Shown here: positions 58,759 through 64,000 of the stretch, in pieces | Numbering within the stretch: position 1 is the stretch's first letter | Layout of the letters: each line of letters begins with the position of its first letter | NCBI GenBank assembly: GCA_036676395.1 | Contig: JAKFCY010000002.1 | Location: 128,001 to 192,000 of the forward strand | Reading direction: 5' to 3' | DNA: 64,000 nt | DNA from: Bdellovibrio sp. | GTDB lineage: Bacteria; Bdellovibrionota; Bdellovibrionia; Bdellovibrionales; Bdellovibrionaceae | Notes under the pieces: model-generated | The model's database searches: none | The model's input: only the letters and a program-made list of their open reading frames with translations | Told to the model about the DNA's origin: nothing | Program-made: the position numbers and the translations under genes

Positions 58759-60375
58759 ATGGGAAACGCAGCTCACGGCAGTAATTATATAAATGCAGAA
58801 AAAGGTCTGATGTCATGGCTTACATCATTAGATCATAAACGAATTGGTATTCTTTATTTTGTAACAATTTTATTTTTCTTTTTAGTGGGTGGTACATTCG
58901 CATTATTATTAAGACTTGAATTGTTTGCGCCGAATGTGAATGCCGCAGGCCAAGCAGTTGCTGGAGCAATTTTCAAAACTGGTGACACGTACAATCAGGC
59001 ATTAACTTATCATGGTGCCATCATGGTTTTCATGGTGATCGTTCCAGGGATTCCGGCGATCTTTGGTAACTTCTTTTTACCGTTACAAATCGGCGCAAAA
59101 GACGTGGCCTTTCCAAAATTGAACTTAGCCAGTTGGTACATGTTGATGATCGGCGCGACAATGGCCATTGCAACAATGTTTTTAAATAAAGTTGATACAG
59201 GTTGGACATTCTATACACCTTATTCAATTCGTACGAGCGGTTCAGTATCATTAATGATAGCAGCGGTTTTCATCATGGGGATGTCATCTGTTTTTACCGG
59301 CTTAAATATGATTGCGACAATTCACAAATTGCGCGCTCCTGGAATGACTTTTCATAGAATGCCATTATTTTGCTGGGCGATTTACTCAACTTCAATTCTT
59401 CAAGTCTTGGCGACTCCGATTTTAGCGATTACATTATTATTATTAATTATGGAACGCGCTTTCGGTGTAGGTATCTTTGATCCGAAACTTGGCGGTGACC
59501 CGGTATTGTTCCAGCATTTCTTCTGGTTTTATTCGCATCCTGCGGTTTACATCATGATCTTACCGGCCATGGGAGTCATTTCTGAGTTGTTAACGACTTA
59601 CTCTAAAAAAACGATCTTCGGTTACACAGCGATTGCCTACTCTTCATTAGGTATCGCAGGCGTTTCGTTCTTCGTTTGGGGACATCACATGTATGTTTCT
59701 GGGCAATCTGAATTAGCCGGCGTGATCTTTTCATTCTTAACAATGTTAGTAGGGGTTCCGACAGCGATTAAGATGTTCAACTGGATTGCGACTCTTTATA
59801 AAGGTTCAATCGAATTCACAGCATCGATGTTATACGCGATGGGATTCATGTTCTTATTCGTAATCGGTGGCGTGACTGGGATTATGTTAGCGGTTTTACC
59901 AATCGACGTTCATTTTCATGACACTTATTTCGTAGTAGCGCATTTCCATTACGTTATGGTGGGTGGAACATTAATGGCGTTAATGGGCGCGATCTATCAC
60001 TGGTTTCCAAAAATGTTCGGTAAGATGTACAGCGAAGCATTAGCTCGCGCTTCTTTCGTGTTTGTATTCATCGGTTTCAACGTAACGTTCTTTCCTCAAT
60101 TTATTTTAGGTGGAATGGGTATGCCTCGTCGTTACTTCGATTACATCCCGGCTTACGAGCAATTAAATAAAATTTCTACTGTAGGTTCTTGGTTAATCGG
60201 CATCGGATTCTTAATCGGTCTGGTTTCAATTATTCAAGCCTTACGTTCTGGCGCAAAAGCTCCTGCAAATCCTTGGGGATCTAAAACGTTAGAGTGGCAC
60301 ACTGAATCTCCACCAATCACACATAACTTTTCACATGAACCGCACGTTACAGAGGGGCCATATGAGTACAAGTAA
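58759..60375 (+). CDS. coxA: Cytochrome c oxidase subunit I (A2-type)
   Basis: DHKRIG, GWTFYTP, FWFYSHPAVY, WGHH, HFHYV, MPRRY. Confidence 0.97.
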   Translation: MGNAAHGSNYINAEKGLMSWLTSLDHKRIGILYFVTILFFFLVGGTFALLLRLELFAPNVNAAGQAVAGAIFKTGDTYNQALTYHGAIMVFMVIVPGIPAIFGNFFLPLQIGAKDVAFPKLNLASWYMLMIGATMAIATMFLNKVDTGWTFYTPYSIRTSGSVSLMIAAVFIMGMSSVFTGLNMIATIHKLRAPGMTFHRMPLFCWAIYSTSILQVLATPILAITLLLLIMERAFGVGIFDPKLGGDPVLFQHFFWFYSHPAVYIMILPAMGVISELLTTYSKKTIFGYTAIAYSSLGIAGVSFFVWGHHMYVSGQSELAGVIFSFLTMLVGVPTAIKMFNWIATLYKGSIEFTASMLYAMGFMFLFVIGGVTGIMLAVLPIDVHFHDTYFVVAHFHYVMVGGTLMALMGAIYHWFPKMFGKMYSEALARASFVFVFIGFNVTFFPQFILGGMGMPRRYFDYIPAYEQLNKISTVGSWLIGIGFLIGLVSIIQALRSGAKAPANPWGSKTLEWHTESPPITHNFSHEPHVTEGPYEYK

Positions 60376-61048
60376 GATGATTAATGGTGTTCCTGTTCAG
60401 GAGCACTTTAAAAACGCTCACCATCAGTTCGATACAGCCAAAATGGGAATCTGGTTATTCATGGCCACTGAGATTCTAATGTTCGGTGGTCTTTTTGTTG
60501 GATACGCTATTTTTCACATGATGTACCCTGAGATGTTCGCTGAAGGCGCACGTTTCTTAGATTGGAAATTAGGTTTCGTAAATACGTTAGTACTTATCTT
60601 TTCATCGTTAACGATGGCTTTAGGTATTCACTTCATTCAAATGAATCAAATCAAAAAAGCTGTTTGGGCTTTAGCGATCACGATTGTTTGTGGTGCGATT
60701 TTCATGGTTATTAAGTACTTTGAATACACGCATAAATTTCACATGGGAATTTTTCCAGGAAACTTATTAGACATCGCTAAGTTAAACGAGCATTTAACGG
60801 CGCAAGGATTAGACACTGTTAAGTCGACTAATCTTGGTATGTACTTTGGTTTTTACTTTTGTATGTCAGGTCTTCACGGGATCCACGTAATAATAGGTAT
60901 GGGATTAATCACTTGGTGTTTAATTCGTGCAGTTCGTGGTGACTTTAACCCGAATTATTATACGGCTGTAGAAGGTGTTGGTATCTTCTGGCATATCGTC
61001 GATTTAGTTTGGATCTTTTTATTTCCACTACTTTACTTGGTTGGATAG
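60362..61048 (+). CDS. coxC: Cytochrome c oxidase subunit III
   Basis: WLFMATEILMFGG, GLHGIHV, WHIVDLVWIFLFPLLY. Confidence 0.95.
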   Translation: MSTSKMINGVPVQEHFKNAHHQFDTAKMGIWLFMATEILMFGGLFVGYAIFHMMYPEMFAEGARFLDWKLGFVNTLVLIFSSLTMALGIHFIQMNQIKKAVWALAITIVCGAIFMVIKYFEYTHKFHMGIFPGNLLDIAKLNEHLTAQGLDTVKSTNLGMYFGFYFCMSGLHGIHVIIGMGLITWCLIRAVRGDFNPNYYTAVEGVGIFWHIVDLVWIFLFPLLYLVG

Positions 61049-61057
61049 GAGAGCAAC

Positions 61058-61396
61058 ATGGGACACAGTCACGGACACAAAGAAATTTTACCAGATGAAC
61101 ATCACATAACTCCGTTTTCAGTTTACATGAAAGTGGCGTTAGCCTTATTTGCTTTAACGTTTTTAACAATTGCAGCCCATTCAGTACGTCAGTATTTAGG
61201 ACCTGTAGCTCCGTTAGTTGCTTTCGCAATTGCCGGTGTAAAAGCGTTTCTGGTTATGGCTTGGTTCATGCATTTGAAATACGAAAGCATGGAAAATAGA
61301 ATCGTATTTGCTTTAGGTTTTATTTTCTTAGTCGTGTTATTCGGAATTTCGATCACTGATATTTTATCTCGTCAGTTAATCAGCGGAGTTCTTTAA
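61058..61396 (+). CDS. coxD: Cytochrome c oxidase subunit IV family protein
   Basis: Three TMs, KAFLVMAWFMHLKY. Confidence 0.88.
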   Translation: MGHSHGHKEILPDEHHITPFSVYMKVALALFALTFLTIAAHSVRQYLGPVAPLVAFAIAGVKAFLVMAWFMHLKYESMENRIVFALGFIFLVVLFGISITDILSRQLISGVL

Positions 61397-61403
61397 AACC
61401 CCT

Positions 61404-62282
61404 GTGTTTAAGATATATTCCCAGCTTACAAAATTTGGAATAGTCATATTCGTACTTTTAGCCGGTTTAGCAGGATATGCGACCGGCTATTTTGTTGAAA
61501 CTCCTTTTTCTTGGCCACATCTTTTAACATTCGTTGGCGGATTATATTTTTTAAGTTCAGGATCATTAGCCCTTAACCAAGTGCAAGAAATCGAACTTGA
61601 TCGCTCAATGCCAAGAACCCAATCGCGTCCACTAGTTACGGGTGCATTAAAACCTGCAGCCGCTTTAATTATAGCAATCACTCTGATAATCCTTGGCATC
61701 GCCATGCTATTTTCATTAACAGCGATGGCTGGTTGGGTAGGGATTGTGTCAGTTGTGTTATACAACGGTTTATACACTTACATCTGGAAGCCAAAATGGG
61801 TGTTTGGCGCGGTTCCTGGAGCCGTTCCTGGGGCTTTACCGATCACGATTGGTTATGCCGCCTGTAATCCAGATATTTTTACTTTAGATTCGCTTTATTT
61901 ATTTTTAATTATGTTCTTATGGCAAATGCCACACTTCTGGTTATTGGCGATAAAATATAAAAAAGATTACAAGATGGGTGGAATTCCGACTTTACCTGTA
62001 GCCTTAGGTGATCAAAAAACTTTATTTCATATTGGGCTTTATACTTTTTGTTATGTCGGAGTCGCAATTGCTTCGCCGTTTTTCTTACAAACCAGCTGGT
62101 TATATATTTTATTAATTTTTCCGTTCGCTTTTTTCTTAATGAAAGAATTCTTTCGTCTTTACCGCTCTAATGGCCAAGAACGCTGGTTTGCTTTCTTTAT
62201 GTGGGTCAACTTTTCAATGCTGGTCTTTGTTTTTGTGCCGGTAATTGATAAGTGGAGCTTTCTTTTCTTACACCGCGTCTAA
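61404..62282 (+). CDS. ctaB: Protoheme IX farnesyltransferase (heme O synthase)
   Basis: DRSMPRTQSRPL, WQMPHF, DYKMGGIP. Confidence 0.93.
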   Translation: MFKIYSQLTKFGIVIFVLLAGLAGYATGYFVETPFSWPHLLTFVGGLYFLSSGSLALNQVQEIELDRSMPRTQSRPLVTGALKPAAALIIAITLIILGIAMLFSLTAMAGWVGIVSVVLYNGLYTYIWKPKWVFGAVPGAVPGALPITIGYAACNPDIFTLDSLYLFLIMFLWQMPHFWLLAIKYKKDYKMGGIPTLPVALGDQKTLFHIGLYTFCYVGVAIASPFFLQTSWLYILLIFPFAFFLMKEFFRLYRSNGQERWFAFFMWVNFSMLVFVFVPVIDKWSFLFLHRV

Positions 62283-62342
62283 TTCCTGGCTTGTGCTAAA
62301 TTAGTCCTCGTAGCTAATCTCTTGGTAACAAGGGGATTTGCC

Positions 62343-62900
62343 ATGAAAGCATTCTTATTAACGGTATTAATTTCTGTTTCAGTATTTGCAGATACGATCA
62401 CTTTTAAACCAGCTGACGGAAAAACCGAATTTTTAGCCGTCGGAAAACCCGCCATGATCAAAATTAACGGCGAAGGCCAGGGCGTTGAAGGCACCCTAAC
62501 AGTCTTGAAAACAGCAGTCAGTGGCACCCTAACTATGGATTTAAATACTTTAACTACCAAAATTGATCTGCGCGATGATCATATGAAAAATAAATATTTA
62601 GAAGTTTCTAAGTACCCAAAAGCTACATTGGAATTTTCAAATCTTGAATTACCTGTTGAGGTGACAAAATTAACAGATACAGAAATAGCACTTCCCTTTA
62701 AGGGAAAATTTACTTTTCATGGTAAAACCAGCGAAGTCATAGGCACTGCGAAAGTTAGCAAAAAGACGAATGATTTATTAGGTAGCGCTGAATTCACATT
62801 TAAAATCACCGACCATTTAGATACTTTACCAGGCTGGTTAGGTGTGAAAGTTGCAGAAACTGTAACTGTAAAAACGCAAATCAAAGGATTAATTAAATGA
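62343..62900 (+). CDS. YceI-family secreted protein
   Basis: Signal peptide; TKIDLRDDHM, KYPKAT, GKFTFHG. Confidence 0.88.
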   Translation: MKAFLLTVLISVSVFADTITFKPADGKTEFLAVGKPAMIKINGEGQGVEGTLTVLKTAVSGTLTMDLNTLTTKIDLRDDHMKNKYLEVSKYPKATLEFSNLELPVEVTKLTDTEIALPFKGKFTFHGKTSEVIGTAKVSKKTNDLLGSAEFTFKITDHLDTLPGWLGVKVAETVTVKTQIKGLIK

Positions 62901-64000
62901 AATTGATTTTTGTACTTTCATTACTAGCTGTTCAAAGCCTTTGGGCTTTTCCTGAAATGATTAAACATGGTTACGTGAATTGCACAGCCTGCCATATATC
63001 TCCGAGTGGTGGTGGCGTGTTGAACCCATACGGTCGTAACTTATCAGCAGAACTCATCAGCACCTGGTCTTATAAAGGCGAAGAAGGCCTTTTTCACGGA
63101 GCTGTTGATACATCTGCAGTTGATGAATGGTTAGCTATTGGCGGTGAATACCGTGGTGTGCAAGTGCATACGGATTACACGCAAAAATCAACGGGTGTGA
63201 CGAATGTTGATGGTCGTTATATCAATATGCAAATCGGCTTTGAGTTGGGGATTATCCAGCCAAAATGGGCGTTGGTAGGATTTCTGGGGCAGTATAGCTT
63301 TAATGAACCAGCTCATTACAACCGTGTTAAAGCCGATGTGAGCCGCATCTATGGTCTGTTCAAGGCAACTGATGAATTAACTTTTAAAGTGGGCCGTTTT
63401 CAACCTAACTTTGGTATCAATCTTCCGGATCATAATTTATCAACACGCACGCGTTTGGAAATGAGTTCACTTTCATACCGTGGTGGGCAAATTTCAATCG
63501 AAGACAAAAATACCGTTGAAGTTTTTTGGCTGGGTGAAGAGTACAACTTTTCATTAGCCGGTTACCGCATTCGTAAAGACTTAACAGATGATGGTGACAA
63601 AGGTTTTGCTTATACCGGCAGTAAAGTTTTTGCTGAGCGTTTTAAATTAGGCATTCAGGGTTTGCGTGAAAAAAGTGACGTGCGTGAAAAGAAAATTTTT
63701 GGTTTTACCGGTCATTTAGGTTGGAACGAAAAGTGGTCTACCTTGGCTGAAGTTGATCGCGTGACTACTGAACCTGTCGGTGGTTCTGAAATCAAGGGAA
63801 TCGCTGCTGTACAGCGCACCGGTTACGAAGCTTTTAAGGGCTTTCAAGTGTTGGTACTGAATGATTATTACCAGTCGAATGTCGATAATGGGGCTACGAA
63901 AGTTTACCGTTATGGACCAGGCATTATCTGGTACCCAAGACCACACTTTGACTTTCAGTTTTTCTTTACTAAAGAACAGCGCTCTACACTTAAGCCAGAA
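62897..64000 (+). CDS. Secreted CxxCH-containing putative outer-membrane beta-barrel protein; runs off the window end, absent from the ORF track
   Basis: Translated by hand: MKLIFVLSLLAVQSLWAFPEMIKHGYVNCTACHISPSGGG...VGRFQPNFG...WYPRPHFDFQ; open for 368 codons; ATGA-coupled to yceI. Confidence 0.75.
   Translation, partial: MKLIFVLSLLAVQSLWAFPEMIKHGYVNCTACHISPSGGGVLNPYGRNLSAELISTWSYKGEEGLFHGAVDTSAVDEWLAIGGEYRGVQVHTDYTQKSTGVTNVDGRYINMQIGFELGIIQPKWALVGFLGQYSFNEPAHYNRVKADVSRIYGLFKATDELTFKVGRFQPNFGINLPDHNLSTRTRLEMSSLSYRGGQISIEDKNTVEVFWLGEEYNFSLAGYRIRKDLTDDGDKGFAYTGSKVFAERFKLGIQGLREKSDVREKKIFGFTGHLGWNEKWSTLAEVDRVTTEPVGGSEIKGIAAVQRTGYEAFKGFQVLVLNDYYQSNVDNGATKVYRYGPGIIWYPRPHFDFQFFFTKEQRSTLKPE

Noticed and set aside
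56403..62282. Oxidase operon as novel
   Set aside because: Standard A2-type caa3 arrangement; ctaA is not in the window but may lie elsewhere.

Overview
AT-rich, gene-dense bacterial chromosome segment. The gene content suggests a predatory Bdellovibrionota member (inference): an S74-chaperone tail-fibre-like adhesin, many secreted hypotheticals, alpha-2-macroglobulin/PbpC and a caa3-type oxidase. I found no rRNA, tRNA, CRISPR array, integrase or transposase. Main blocks: stress and RNA-modification genes (0.5-8 kb); a LysR-linked, translationally coupled P450 / class I terpene synthase-like / FAD monooxygenase / GST cluster (8.6-14.2 kb); a chemotaxis and two-component block (15.3-28.6 kb); a serine hydrolase pair, PfpI and a beta-propeller/beta-barrel pair (28.8-32.9 kb); A2M-pbpC (33-41 kb); transporters, a GcvH homolog lacking the lipoyl lysine, trmL and a PHB depolymerase-like esterase; a 1784-aa fibre adhesin; secA; and a cytochrome c-SCO-coxBACD-ctaB operon followed by YceI and a CxxCH beta-barrel protein. 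The best candidate for an undescribed system is the terpene synthase-P450-epoxidase-GST cluster. Other notable signals are a recurring GTCTCA-N3-TGAGAC palindrome before three envelope genes and sigma54-type -24/-12 promoters before five stress-type or secreted genes. All functional calls come from motif recognition by eye; no database searches were run.
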